Positions 9,076 through 18,037 are shown, numbered from the stretch's first letter. The stretch: DNA of 64,000 nt from an uncultured Bacteroidales bacterium (GCA_902779315.1 CACZBC010000004.1:33506-97505), one strand, 5' to 3'. Made by a program: numbers and translations. Notes: a model not told the origin generated them from the letters alone.

Positions 9076-9110
9076 GACTATGAACTATGAATTATTAACT
9101 ATAAACTACA
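9076..9110. repeat. degenerate heptamer repeat (GACTATG AACTATG AATTATT AACTATA AACTACA)
   Basis: Same heptamer family, between the ffh stop (9106-9108) and the folD ATG (9071). Confidence 0.8.
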
Positions 9111-10446
9111 TTCCCGGCATTCGTCCTTTCATCATGGCCGCCATTTGCTGCATCTTGCTCTTGTCCGTGACCATCTTCATCATTTTGCGAGTCTGGTCAA
9201 ACTGTTTGATGAGCTTGTTCACCTCCTGTATGTTGGTGCCAGAACCCTTTGCCAATCGCATTCTGCGACTCGTATTGAGGCATTCGGGATGGGTTCGTTC
9301 GCTTGGTGTCATGCTGAGGATAATGGCCTCGATGTTCTTGAAGGCGTTGTCGTCGATATCCATATCCTTGATGGCCTTTCCCACACCCGGAATCATGCCT
9401 GCCAAATCCTTCAGGTTGCCCATCTTCTTGATTTGCTGAATCTGTTTGTAGAAGTCGTTGAAGTCGAATTGGTTCTTCTTGATCTTCCTTTCCAAACGGC
9501 GGGCCTCTTCCTCGTCATATTGCTCCTGAGCCCTTTCGACGAGCGAGACAATGTCGCCCATACCGAGGATTCTGTCGGCCATACGGCTTGGATGGAAGGG
9601 ATCGAGCGCCTCCATCTTCTCGCCCGTACCGACAAACTTGATGGGTTTGTTGACGACACTGCGAATGCTAAGCGCAGCACCGCCTCGAGTATCGCCATCG
9701 AGTTTGGTGAGAATGACGCCTGTATAGTCGAGCCTATCATTGAACTCTTTTGCCGTGTTAACGGCGTCTTGGCCCGTCATAGCGTCCACGACGAACAGAA
9801 TCTCGTCCGGCTGAACGGCATCACGAATGTCTTGTATTTGCTGCATGAGTTCCTCGTCGACAGCCTGACGGCCTGCCGTATCGATGATGAGCACATCGAA
9901 TCCCTGAGCCTTGGCATGCTGGATGGCATTCTTGGCAACGAGCACGGGGTCGGTTGCGCCTTCCTCGAGATGAACGGGAACGCCCACCTGTTCGCCCAGG
10001 ACACGGAGCTGCTCCATGGCTGCAGGGCGGAAAGTGTCGCAAGCTGCAAGCAGAGGATTCTTTCCTCGCTTTTCCTTGAGCAACTTTGCCAGCTTGCCAC
10101 TCATGGTGGTCTTACCCGCACCGTTCAAGCCGGCCATCAGGATGATGGCAGGATGGCCTTTCAGGTTCATGTCGGTCGTTTCGCCACCCATCAGTTCGGC
10201 CAGTTCGTCGTGCACGATTTTGACCATCAATTGCTGTGGCTTGATGGCTGTCAAGACGTTCTGACCGAGTGCTTTCTGCTTGACCGTATCGGTGAAAGAC
10301 TTTGCCACCTTGTAGTTGACGTCCGCGTCAAGCAAGGCTCTGCGCACATCCTTCAGCGTCTCGGCGACATTGATTTCGGTTATCTTGCCTTCACCTTTCA
10401 GTATCTTGAACGACCGTTCGAGCCGTTCGCTTAAGTTTTCAAACAT
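9106..10446 (-). CDS. ffh: signal recognition particle protein
   Basis: NG-domain GTPase motifs GLNGAGKTT, DTAGR and TKLDG, plus a Met-rich C-terminal M domain. Confidence 0.95.
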   Translation of the reverse strand: MFENLSERLERSFKILKGEGKITEINVAETLKDVRRALLDADVNYKVAKSFTDTVKQKALGQNVLTAIKPQQLMVKIVHDELAELMGGETTDMNLKGHPAIILMAGLNGAGKTTMSGKLAKLLKEKRGKNPLLAACDTFRPAAMEQLRVLGEQVGVPVHLEEGATDPVLVAKNAIQHAKAQGFDVLIIDTAGRQAVDEELMQQIQDIRDAVQPDEILFVVDAMTGQDAVNTAKEFNDRLDYTGVILTKLDGDTRGGAALSIRSVVNKPIKFVGTGEKMEALDPFHPSRMADRILGMGDIVSLVERAQEQYDEEEARRLERKIKKNQFDFNDFYKQIQQIKKMGNLKDLAGMIPGVGKAIKDMDIDDNAFKNIEAIILSMTPSERTHPECLNTSRRMRLAKGSGTNIQEVNKLIKQFDQTRKMMKMVTDKSKMQQMAAMMKGRMPGM

Positions 10447-10465
10447 ATCTTGAATTTTGAAATTA

Positions 10466-11062
10466 TTAGTTTTGAATTCCGAGGCTTTCCTCCACGAGCG
10501 GCATCACGACTTTGCTCAGCACTTTGTCGTTGAGAAAGTGTTCGCCTTCGAAGAGCCGCATCCGGTCCTTTCCATAGTGCTTGAGGAAGTCGGCCTGGCA
10601 ATTGACGAGCTTGTCCTGCGTGCCGAACAGTCCCCACACCAGGGCTTTCTCGTTGTCGTCTATGCCTTTGAAACTCTCCTTCTCGACCTGTTGGAAGGCC
10701 TGAATCATGGCTTTGTCAACCTTGAACTCCGTAGCGCCGTCTTGGCGTTTATTGCGGAACTCACGGCGTCCCATACCACGGAAGGTCAGCAAGCGGGCCA
10801 TGTGGAACGACGGATTCACGAGGATTCGCTTCACGCCCTTTAGTTGTTCGCCATAGAGGGCTCCCATACTGGTTGCCACGATGAGGTCGGGCTGCTCGTT
10901 TGCCACGAGTTCTTTCAGGAAACCGATTGCCTCGTTGGGGTCGACGGGCACGTCCGGACTGAGCACCTGCACGCCTTTCGGGTAGAGGTGGTTGCGCATC
11001 TGTGTGGCCGAACCTGTGCTGCCTGCACTGGCAAACCCATGTATGTAAAGCACTTTTTTCAC
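10466..11062 (-). CDS. YqiA/YcfP-like alpha/beta hydrolase (esterase)
   Basis: YIHGFASAG and nucleophile elbow ATSMG. The start is moved to an in-frame GTG at 11062, 17 nt after a TAaaTTTG box, because the longest ORF would run through a 14-bp hairpin. Confidence 0.7.
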   Translation of the reverse strand: MKKVLYIHGFASAGSTGSATQMRNHLYPKGVQVLSPDVPVDPNEAIGFLKELVANEQPDLIVATSMGALYGEQLKGVKRILVNPSFHMARLLTFRGMGRREFRNKRQDGATEFKVDKAMIQAFQQVEKESFKGIDDNEKALVWGLFGTQDKLVNCQADFLKHYGKDRMRLFEGEHFLNDKVLSKVVMPLVEESLGIQN

Positions 11063-11141
11063 GGGTGCAAATTTACAAAGAAATTTCGAGAACCCAAAAT
11101 TCCTGCTAAGGAATTTGCCAAAACGGGACGACACACATACA

Positions 11142-11178
11142 AATTGCCCTCCGAAAGTCGAACCTTCGGAGGGCAATT
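11142..11178 (-). terminator. 14-bp perfect hairpin, probable terminator of the upstream small wHTH gene
   Basis: AATTGCCCTCCGAA - 9-nt loop - TTCGGAGGGCAATT. On the minus strand it is followed only by the weakly U-rich TTGTATGTGTGT. Confidence 0.45.
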
Positions 11179-11213
11179 CCGTCAAACACTCCCGTCTGGG
11201 AGCTGGGGTTTTC

Positions 11214-11414
11214 TTACTTCAGGGCAACGGTCACTACCTTGTCAGCCTCTGCCACTACCACCTTGTCTTCGCGGAGCAGCCAGCCGAGAGCCAGATACAA
11301 GTCCTTGTCGGTCTTGATCTTAGCAACCTTCTTCAGGTCCTTAGTGTTCAGTGCACCATTCTCATTGAGGGCAGTCCAAATGGCACCTGCCAATGTTCCA
11401 ACTAATGCTGTCAT
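11214..11414 (-). CDS. small winged-helix domain protein (66 aa)
   Basis: MTALVGTLAGAIWTALNENGALNTKDLKKV...LALGWLLREDKV. This is a family common in Bacteroidota, recognised from memory. Confidence 0.65.
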   Translation of the reverse strand: MTALVGTLAGAIWTALNENGALNTKDLKKVAKIKTDKDLYLALGWLLREDKVVVAEADKVVTVALK

Positions 11415-11481
11415 AATTTTAAACTTTTTTGTTGGTTATTCCTAAATCAATCTATTGTTCTCTCATTTACTAATCTGCGTG

Positions 11482-11489
11482 CAAAGGTA
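11482..11489 (-). promoter_or_regulatory. -7 promoter box TAccTTTG
   Basis: TAnnTTTG match 67 nt upstream of the ATG at 11414. Confidence 0.45.
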
Positions 11490-11595
11490 CGGCAACTTCT
11501 GGAAACATACAAGTTTTTTCACAATAATTATATGTTTTATGGCATATATTTGATATTTATCAAGTGCTTTGGGGTGTTTATTTCGGGAAAAAGTA

Positions 11596-11603
11596 TATCT
11601 TTG
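11596..11603 (+). promoter_or_regulatory. -7 promoter box TAtcTTTG
   Basis: TAnnTTTG match 22 nt upstream of the ATG at 11626. Confidence 0.55.
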
Positions 11604-11625
11604 CGCCACTTTTAAGACAGAAAAT

Positions 11626-12039
11626 ATGCGATTCAACAAGGTATTAGCCATAGCTTTTTGCGGCATTCTTTTTGCCTTTTCCGCTTGCAAACGCGAGACG
11701 AAGGACGAGAGCTGGAAACGCATTTTCGAGCAGTACACCGAGAAGGAATGCCCGAAATTCGTGGACCCATGCACGCGTCTGGACAGCGCCCGATACGACA
11801 TCCCGACCCGTACGCTCAGCTATTTCTACACCGTCCAGGACGAACTCGACAACGAGAGCATCTACACCAACGAGGACATGACCTCGAGTTTCCACGACAC
11901 CATCCTGAAGGGACTGAGGGGCAGCCTGCAAATGAAGCCCTACAAGGACGAGGGCATCACGTTCTGCTACGACTATTACAGCATTTCGAGCGGAAAGAAG
12001 CTCTTCAATCTCACTTTCACGCCGGAGGACTATAATTAG
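11626..12039 (+). CDS. small lipoprotein, unknown function
   Basis: Start set at MRFNKVLAIAFCGILFAFSAC, which has a lipobox Cys. 137 aa. Confidence 0.6.
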   Translation: MRFNKVLAIAFCGILFAFSACKRETKDESWKRIFEQYTEKECPKFVDPCTRLDSARYDIPTRTLSYFYTVQDELDNESIYTNEDMTSSFHDTILKGLRGSLQMKPYKDEGITFCYDYYSISSGKKLFNLTFTPEDYN

Positions 12040-12051
12040 TATATATATAAG

Positions 12052-12765
12052 GTGCAGGACGTCATCCAATATGCCGACCTGATTGTCGATACGGCTTCGC
12101 GCCAGACTTTGCAATCGGGCAAACTCGTGATGCTTACCGACACGGAGTACCGGCTGCTCGTCTACCTGCTTAGGCATCAGGGCGTTGTGCGCCGTCGCGA
12201 TGACATCATTCAGGAGGTTTGGGGCGAGCGTTTCCTCTACGATACGGGCACGCTCGATGTCCACCTCTCGTCGCTCCGCCACAAGTTGGGCTGGACGAAG
12301 GACGGTCCGGTTCGGGCCATCCGGGGTGTCGGCTTCATACTGCATCGCCAGGAACCCACGTCCGGCGTGGTCAAGATTGACGCTTTCCTGCGCGAGTTGT
12401 TGATGTGTCACGAGTCCGTGATGCGCCAGAAGGACATCCGTTGCTACCTTCGCCTCACCCCTTTTGTCTACGAGATTCTGGTCGACGAGGCCATCTTGCG
12501 GCAGATCTTTTCCGCCGTCTTTTCCCTGTTCCTCAGGCACGCTCCCGAGGGTGCCCGGTGGGAGATTTCCTCCCAGCTGACGGTCCGCGAGTACACCCTC
12601 ACCCTCACGTCCACCGGTTCCTGCCCCGACTTTGCCGAGCTGCAATCGGCCCGACAGCAGGCGGCCTTCCTGGGCATTCCCATCCGGATGGGCAACAAGC
12701 ACACCCCCGAGGGCGTGTTGATGGGTGTCGAGCTCAGCATTCCCATGGAAAACATGGAGGCTTAG
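12052..12765 (+). CDS. OmpR/PhoB-type winged-helix DNA-binding domain fused to a degenerate HATPase-like domain (no receiver, no HisKA)
   Basis: GTG start 12 nt after the upstream stop. N-terminal half: LTDTEYRLLVYLLRHQGVVRRRDDIIQEVWG...LDVHLSSLRHKL...IRGVGFIL. The C-terminal half has N-box-like and G-box-like spacing but lacks the conserved Asn and DxGxG. Confidence 0.65.
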   Translation: MQDVIQYADLIVDTASRQTLQSGKLVMLTDTEYRLLVYLLRHQGVVRRRDDIIQEVWGERFLYDTGTLDVHLSSLRHKLGWTKDGPVRAIRGVGFILHRQEPTSGVVKIDAFLRELLMCHESVMRQKDIRCYLRLTPFVYEILVDEAILRQIFSAVFSLFLRHAPEGARWEISSQLTVREYTLTLTSTGSCPDFAELQSARQQAAFLGIPIRMGNKHTPEGVLMGVELSIPMENMEA

Positions 12766-12810
12766 GCCTTTTCTTAAGCCAATCTTAAGGATAAACTGCG
12801 AAACTTTCCG

Positions 12811-12818
12811 TACCTTTG
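12811..12818 (+). promoter_or_regulatory. -7 promoter box TAccTTTG for the TonB-dependent receptor
   Basis: TAnnTTTG match 26 nt upstream of the ATG at 12845. Confidence 0.55.
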
Positions 12819-12844
12819 CGGCCGAAATCCAATAACAAATAATC

Positions 12845-15265
12845 ATGATTGAAATATTTTCCGATTGCACTCTCTATTCAAAAACTAAACTAACAACTGT
12901 TTTGGGGCTCTTCCTCCTCCCGTCCATGGGCGTTGGAGGAACTCTTTTTGCCAACGAGATGGACACGCTTTCCGTCCGCCAGATGGACGAGGTCGTGGTG
13001 GTCAGCACCCCCAAAGAGCACAATGCCCTGCGCCTCCAACCCCTCGTCTCCACCTCGCTCGGACAGGCACAACTGCTCGAAAAGGGCGTCAAGGGCATCA
13101 AGGACCTTTCCGCCAACATTCCGGGCCTTTTCATCCCCACGTATGGCAGCCGTCTGACCAGCAGCATCTATCTCCGTGGCGTTGGTAGCCGAATCGGAAC
13201 GCCTGCCGTGGGCATGTACATCGACAATGTGCCTCTGGCCACCATGAGCAGCATGGACCAAGACCTCAGCGACGCCGACCGAATCGATGTGCTGCGAGGC
13301 CCTCAGGGCACACTTTTCGGCCGCAATACCATAGGCGGACTCATTCGCGTCTTCACGAAGAATCCCATGAGCTATCAGGGCACCGACCTCCTGCTCAGTG
13401 GCGCTACCTATAATAATTATCGCGCGCGCGTGACGCACTACCACCGCCCTTCCGAACGCTTTGCCTTTAGTGCCGGAGTGGGTTACGAGCATCTGGGAGG
13501 CTTTTACAAGAACCAAGCTCTCGACGGCAAACATGCCGACCGCAGCGACGACATAGCGGCCAATTGGCGGGGCATCTTCGTGCCTTCTGACCGCGTCCGT
13601 CTCGACCTGACGGCCCGCTACCAATGGACCAGGCAGGGCGGTTATCCCTATGCCGCACAGCAGGGCCCCGATGCCGGACAAGTCGCTTACAATCGCGCTT
13701 CCAGCTATCTTCGCAACCTCCTCACACTGGGGCTCAATGCCGAGCACGACCTGGGGCGCGTCATGATGACCAGCACGACCGGATTCCAGTTCCTCCGCGA
13801 CGACATGTTCATGGATCAGGACTTCTCGCGTCAGGACCTCTATTCGCTCCAGCAAAAGCAGAAGAGCAAAACCCTCAGCGAGGAGATAGCCGTCAAGTCG
13901 AAGGGCAATGGCCGATGGCAGTGGACCTCGGGCGTCAATTTCCAGTACCAGTGGCTTCGCACCGACGCGCCCGTCACGTTCTATCAGGAAGGCGTCGACT
14001 GGCTCTCGGGCATCATCAACCGTAGTCTGCCCGACCTCACAGCCCAGGGCATGGGCCCCATGTCCGTCGCGCTCAAGAACAGCGTCATGCCTATGGGCGG
14101 CACGTTCCAGACCCCTACCCTCAATGCCGGACTCTTCCACCAGTCGTCCATCCGGCTTGCCGAGCACCTCACCTTCACGGCTGGGCTCCGTCTCGACTAC
14201 GAGCACCAGAGCATGGACTACGACGCACCGGGCAGTGTCGATTTTGACTTTGCCATCCGTAGCGAACGGCCTCAGAACAGCGTGACGCTCAACGACCTGC
14301 ACATCACGCCCGCCTTCCTGGGCCATACCAGCCGCCACGACTGGCACATCCTCCCCAAGGCATCGCTCCAGTACGACTTCGGCCAGACGGCCAACGTCTA
14401 TGCCACGGTCAGCCGCGGTTATCGTTCCGGAGGCTACAACCCCCAGATGTTCAGCGACTTGCTGCAGATTGAGATGCGCCGCGAGATGATGGCGGCCATC
14501 GATGCCGGGACCGAGGCATACCTGACCGACCTTTTTGCCAGCAACCCGCGCGTTCCGGCCGGACATGTGGATATGATCATGGGGCGCATCCGTTCGGGCA
14601 TGCCCACAGTGGAGCGTCCCGACGTCGCCACAGCCGCATCCTATAAGCCCGAAAACGCTTGGAACTACGAGCTGGGCACCCATCTCTCCCTGCTCGACGG
14701 AAGGCTCAAGGCCGACCTTGCCGCCTTCTGGATCGAGACGCACGACCTGCAGCTCAGCCAGATGGCCGAGAGCGGAATGGGCCGTATCACGGTCAATGCG
14801 CAGCGCAGCCGCAGTCTGGGCATGGAGGCCGCCCTCCAGGCAGTCCTCTCCGACCATCTCTACCTCGATGGCAGCTACGGCTACACGCATGCCACGCTGC
14901 GTCACAGCGGCACCGAGGGGCATCCCGACGACTATCGCGTGCCCTTCGCACCCGAGCACACCCTGGCGCTTGGCGCCAAATATGTCTGGAACACCCGCGG
15001 TTGGATTCAGCACGTCAGTCTCTATGCCGGAGGCAAGGCCAACGGCCGCACCTGGTGGACCAGGGAGAACGACCTCTCGCAGCCCTTCTATGCTTTGCTC
15101 GACAGCCGTCTGACCGTCGTTCACGACAACTTGGAACTGAGTCTTTGGGGGCACAATCTCACCGACACCCACTATGCCGCCTTCAGTTTCGCCACGCGTG
15201 GACAAGTCTTCTCCCAGAAAGGAACCCCACTGCAAGTGGGACTCGATTTAAGAATGAAACTCTAA
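12845..15265 (+). CDS. TonB-dependent outer-membrane receptor (non-SusC type)
   Basis: Plug-domain motifs (DEVVVVSTPKE, YLRGVGSR, VLRGPQGTLFGRNTIGG) followed by a long beta-barrel. 806 aa. Confidence 0.9.
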   Translation: MIEIFSDCTLYSKTKLTTVLGLFLLPSMGVGGTLFANEMDTLSVRQMDEVVVVSTPKEHNALRLQPLVSTSLGQAQLLEKGVKGIKDLSANIPGLFIPTYGSRLTSSIYLRGVGSRIGTPAVGMYIDNVPLATMSSMDQDLSDADRIDVLRGPQGTLFGRNTIGGLIRVFTKNPMSYQGTDLLLSGATYNNYRARVTHYHRPSERFAFSAGVGYEHLGGFYKNQALDGKHADRSDDIAANWRGIFVPSDRVRLDLTARYQWTRQGGYPYAAQQGPDAGQVAYNRASSYLRNLLTLGLNAEHDLGRVMMTSTTGFQFLRDDMFMDQDFSRQDLYSLQQKQKSKTLSEEIAVKSKGNGRWQWTSGVNFQYQWLRTDAPVTFYQEGVDWLSGIINRSLPDLTAQGMGPMSVALKNSVMPMGGTFQTPTLNAGLFHQSSIRLAEHLTFTAGLRLDYEHQSMDYDAPGSVDFDFAIRSERPQNSVTLNDLHITPAFLGHTSRHDWHILPKASLQYDFGQTANVYATVSRGYRSGGYNPQMFSDLLQIEMRREMMAAIDAGTEAYLTDLFASNPRVPAGHVDMIMGRIRSGMPTVERPDVATAASYKPENAWNYELGTHLSLLDGRLKADLAAFWIETHDLQLSQMAESGMGRITVNAQRSRSLGMEAALQAVLSDHLYLDGSYGYTHATLRHSGTEGHPDDYRVPFAPEHTLALGAKYVWNTRGWIQHVSLYAGGKANGRTWWTRENDLSQPFYALLDSRLTVVHDNLELSLWGHNLTDTHYAAFSFATRGQVFSQKGTPLQVGLDLRMKL

Positions 15266-16221
15266 GGGTTAATCTTCAACGTGTCTGCCCACGCAGTGTC
15301 CCAATAAAGGTTAATGCCTGCATCATGTTCCTCCTCATTAGGAGTAGAGGTTTCAAAGAACTTGCCTTGCCATACAGTTAAGTAATTGATGCGAAGCGGC
15401 ACGTCATAGAAACGCTTCTCGTATAGTACAGCATCAACACCCTGGCCAAGAGCCTGAACTGTATAATTAGTGTTAATCTGTTCCTTTGGCAAGAAGAGAT
15501 AGACAGTAAACGTATCTACGATGCCCACATATTCAGTTGGGACTATAATCTCTGACGTTCTACCTGTACTCTGTGGTGTAAAGCCAGTCGTTGCGTCAAG
15601 TACAGTTCCGCCAGCAGAACTGACAAAGCGCATCTTTTTGAGTTCAGAAGGAGCAACGTCTTCAGTCATCACGCGAAAGGCTGCCACAACATGTTTGAGG
15701 GTAATCTCCTTGTTAAGACTGGCATTATTATTGAGCGTAAACTCATCGTAATAAAGAAAAGTATTGGGGACATAATTGTCTGACCATGAAATATGATTGA
15801 TGGAAGCAATGTTGCACTCACGACTCCCATTATAACCAAGCACGAGAGCTCGATAATGACCATAGGGAAGTGTCACAGAGAATTGACGATAAGCCTCCCA
15901 TTGATTGCTTTCTGTATAATCTGATTGATCGTGGCGCATTATAGGGCAAGCCTGCTGACCCGTCTCTGCATCATATATTGAGACAACCAGATGGTTAAGC
16001 GTCGAAGGATGATTAGAAGGCACATTTACTGCTCTACTTATTGCAGAACTTGATATGTCATCGAAACTTATCTGCCTATAATTCATGACTGAGAAAGTAA
16101 CCGTACACTGTCCTTCTGGAGCGGTAGGCTCGTCCGGTCCAGGCTGGCAGGACGCGAGAAAAGACAAGAAACATAGAGCATGGATCAGAAAAAGGCTCTG
16201 GGAACGATGTTGAAAGTGCAT
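15262..16221 (-). CDS. lipoprotein resembling FimB/Mfa2-family fimbrial-type proteins
   Basis: Lipobox LSFLASC and a beta-rich 319-aa sequence. G+C is visibly lower than in the flanking genes. Its stop codon overlaps the stop of the convergent receptor gene. The family guess is from memory. Confidence 0.5.
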   Translation of the reverse strand: MHFQHRSQSLFLIHALCFLSFLASCQPGPDEPTAPEGQCTVTFSVMNYRQISFDDISSSAISRAVNVPSNHPSTLNHLVVSIYDAETGQQACPIMRHDQSDYTESNQWEAYRQFSVTLPYGHYRALVLGYNGSRECNIASINHISWSDNYVPNTFLYYDEFTLNNNASLNKEITLKHVVAAFRVMTEDVAPSELKKMRFVSSAGGTVLDATTGFTPQSTGRTSEIIVPTEYVGIVDTFTVYLFLPKEQINTNYTVQALGQGVDAVLYEKRFYDVPLRINYLTVWQGKFFETSTPNEEEHDAGINLYWDTAWADTLKINP

Positions 16222-16248
16222 TTTATGCTTTTTATTGGTTTATGTCTG

Positions 16249-16256
16249 CAAATTTA
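16249..16256 (-). promoter_or_regulatory. -7 promoter box TAaaTTTG
   Basis: TAnnTTTG match 27 nt upstream of the ATG at 16221. Confidence 0.5.
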
Positions 16257-16290
16257 CACTTTATTTTTTCATTATTCAATTTATTATTTG

Positions 16291-16298
16291 TAATTTTG
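16291..16298 (+). promoter_or_regulatory. -7 promoter box TAatTTTG
   Basis: TAnnTTTG match 31 nt upstream of the small ORF ATG at 16330. Confidence 0.45.
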
Positions 16299-16329
16299 CG
16301 ATAAATAATACAACTTTTATTTTGGGGGT

Positions 16330-16476
16330 ATGAGTTTACTGTCGCTAATCCTACTCATTTGGGGCATCATGGTGGTCCTGATCTTTCTGGTCTTATGGGG
16401 AGACACTATCTACTACAAATACAATATCCCCAAGGTTTGTAAAAAGGTAATTGATGCTTTCACGGAAGAGGAATAG
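16330..16476 (+). CDS. possible 48-aa single-pass membrane peptide
   Basis: MSLLSLILLIWGIMVVLIFLVLWGDTIYYKYNIPKVCKKVIDAFTEEE. Below the ORF-track length cutoff. It overlaps the next start codon by 23 nt. Unverified. Confidence 0.3.
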   Translation: MSLLSLILLIWGIMVVLIFLVLWGDTIYYKYNIPKVCKKVIDAFTEEE

Positions 16477-16999
16477 CCTGACACTTCTCTGCCTTTTGTT
16501 ACTCTGTTGCCAAAAGGTTGACTTTGATGCCGAGCCAGCAGAAGAGGCAGAGACACCGGAACAATATGCTGCTATTGTCGGCACAGGCATGGGTTCGAGC
16601 CAGTTTCCTTATACAGTGACAGACATTAGGTCTAAAGAACTTCCCGCCGACGAGCCGGTATGGGTGATTGGCTACATGGTGGGCACGGCACGCCAGACGA
16701 TGAACAACGCGGTGTTCCGCCCCGATGCGGACAACCAAAGCAATATCCTGCTGGCCAGCGACTCGCTCTGCACGGACACCACGGGCTGCATCCCGGTCGA
16801 GCTCTCCCAGGCCAAATGGAAGCGCCTGCTCTCGGTTCCCATGAACACGGAGCACTTCGGCAAGTGTCTGCTCGTCAAAGCCATCCCCTCGACATACCTG
16901 AAAAGAAAAGGCCTGCAGAATGTTTCCGCAGGCCTATGGATGGACGGTTTCGACATCTCCACCGTGGCTCCGACCGAATGGGGCTTGGTGGGTATCTGA
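16454..16999 (+). CDS. putative lipoprotein, unknown function
   Basis: MLSRKRNSLTLLCLLLLCC signal/lipobox, 181 aa from the ATG at 16454. Confidence 0.55.
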   Translation: MLSRKRNSLTLLCLLLLCCQKVDFDAEPAEEAETPEQYAAIVGTGMGSSQFPYTVTDIRSKELPADEPVWVIGYMVGTARQTMNNAVFRPDADNQSNILLASDSLCTDTTGCIPVELSQAKWKRLLSVPMNTEHFGKCLLVKAIPSTYLKRKGLQNVSAGLWMDGFDISTVAPTEWGLVGI

Positions 17000-17025
17000 T
17001 ACCTGAATCTTTTCGCTTGACGCCC

Positions 17026-17835
17026 CTACTTCTTCAAGGCAAAGACGAGCGCCACTACGGACGCTATGGCACCGACTATGCTGGCACCTGCACCGAGGAA
17101 CGTGTAGAAGGCGCTGCTCTTGACGCTCTGGCTCTTGTTGGGCTCAACGTAGATGAGATCGTTCTGCTGCACGTAGTAAGCAGGGTTCTGGAAGACATCG
17201 GTGGTGGTGAGGTCGATGGGGTATTTCTTAAGCACGCCATTCTCGTCGCGATAGAGCGTGAGTTTCTGGCGAAGGCCCGTATCGGCGATGTCACCACACT
17301 GTGCCAGGATGTCGAGAATGGTATTGCGCTCGCTGGTAAGGCTGACGACATGCGGACTCTTGACGGCTCCGAGCACTGCCACACGGGCATTGAGCAGACG
17401 GACTGTCACCTCGGGGTCTTTGATGAGCTTGGCATCGATGATCTGCTGCTCGATGCGACGGGCTGCCTCGTCGGTCGTGAGGCCTGCCACCTCGACTGCT
17501 CCCACGGCAGGAAGGGTGACCTTACCATCGTTGCTGACCGTAAAGCCATAGGCGCTGCCCATGGTCGAACTGCTGCCAAGATTAGAGCCAGACTGGCCGG
17601 AAGTACCCATCGTAACGTCCTGAGCGAAGATGGCCAGAAGATCGGGCTCGCTGCAAGTCACCTTGATGAGGACCTGGTCGGCGGGCTTGAGTCGCATCTC
17701 GTACATCTGCACGAGTTGCTGGCCCTGTTCGAACACATGATTAGGGTCTTGGAAATAAACAATCTTTTTCGTTGATACGCAGCTCGACATCATCAGCACA
17801 GCCATGAATGCGAGCAAAAGGGATGAATTCTTCAT
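17026..17835 (-). CDS. polysaccharide export protein (Wza-like, SLBB domain)
   Basis: Lipoprotein signal (MMSSC), YFQD...Y.LKP.D.L.I motif region, an SLBB-like middle and a C-terminal TM helix. Confidence 0.8.
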   Translation of the reverse strand: MKNSSLLLAFMAVLMMSSCVSTKKIVYFQDPNHVFEQGQQLVQMYEMRLKPADQVLIKVTCSEPDLLAIFAQDVTMGTSGQSGSNLGSSSTMGSAYGFTVSNDGKVTLPAVGAVEVAGLTTDEAARRIEQQIIDAKLIKDPEVTVRLLNARVAVLGAVKSPHVVSLTSERNTILDILAQCGDIADTGLRQKLTLYRDENGVLKKYPIDLTTTDVFQNPAYYVQQNDLIYVEPNKSQSVKSSAFYTFLGAGASIVGAIASVVALVFALKK

Positions 17836-17852
17836 TATATTGGGAGTTAAAT

Positions 17853-17883
17853 GGTTAGCGGTTAGGGGTTAGCGGTTAGCGCG
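17853..17883. repeat. heptamer microsatellite (GGTTAGC)n
   Basis: GGTTAGC GGTTAGG GGTTAGC GGTTAGC. Its reverse complement (GCTAACC)n recurs at 35129-35175. Confidence 0.9.
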
Positions 17884-17925
17884 ATTGAGTCGCGGATTTC
17901 GTTATCGTTAGGGTTATTCGTGGTG

Positions 17926-17933
17926 CAAAGGTA
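17926..17933 (-). promoter_or_regulatory. -7 promoter box TAccTTTG
   Basis: TAnnTTTG match about 90 nt upstream of the ATG at 17835. Confidence 0.45.
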
Positions 17934-17988
17934 AGAAAAAGATTAGAGATTAACGATTAGAGTACGGGAGTTTTTTCACATTTCCTAT

Positions 17989-18023
17989 CATTTTTCATTT
18001 TTAACTTTTCATTTTTCATTTTA
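17989..18023. repeat. degenerate heptamer repeat (TCATTTT)n
   Basis: TCATTTT TCATTTT TAACTTT TCATTTT TCATTTT, immediately upstream of the -7 box at 18030. Confidence 0.8.
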
Positions 18024-18029
18024 ATGTTG

Positions 18030-18037
18030 TATCTTTG
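18030..18037 (+). promoter_or_regulatory. -7 promoter box TAtcTTTG
   Basis: TAnnTTTG match 22 nt upstream of the ATG at 18060. Confidence 0.55.

Noticed and set aside
10466-11185. Longest-ORF start (11185) for the esterase gene.
   Set aside because: The extra 41 codons run through a perfect 14-bp hairpin and a TAaaTTTG promoter box. The conserved hydrolase sequence begins right after the in-frame GTG at 11062.
12890-15235. 781-aa ORF antisense to the TonB-dependent receptor gene.
   Set aside because: Shadow ORF. The plus-strand frame has plug and barrel motifs and its own promoter box, while the antisense translation is Gly/Ala/Val/Arg-rich filler.
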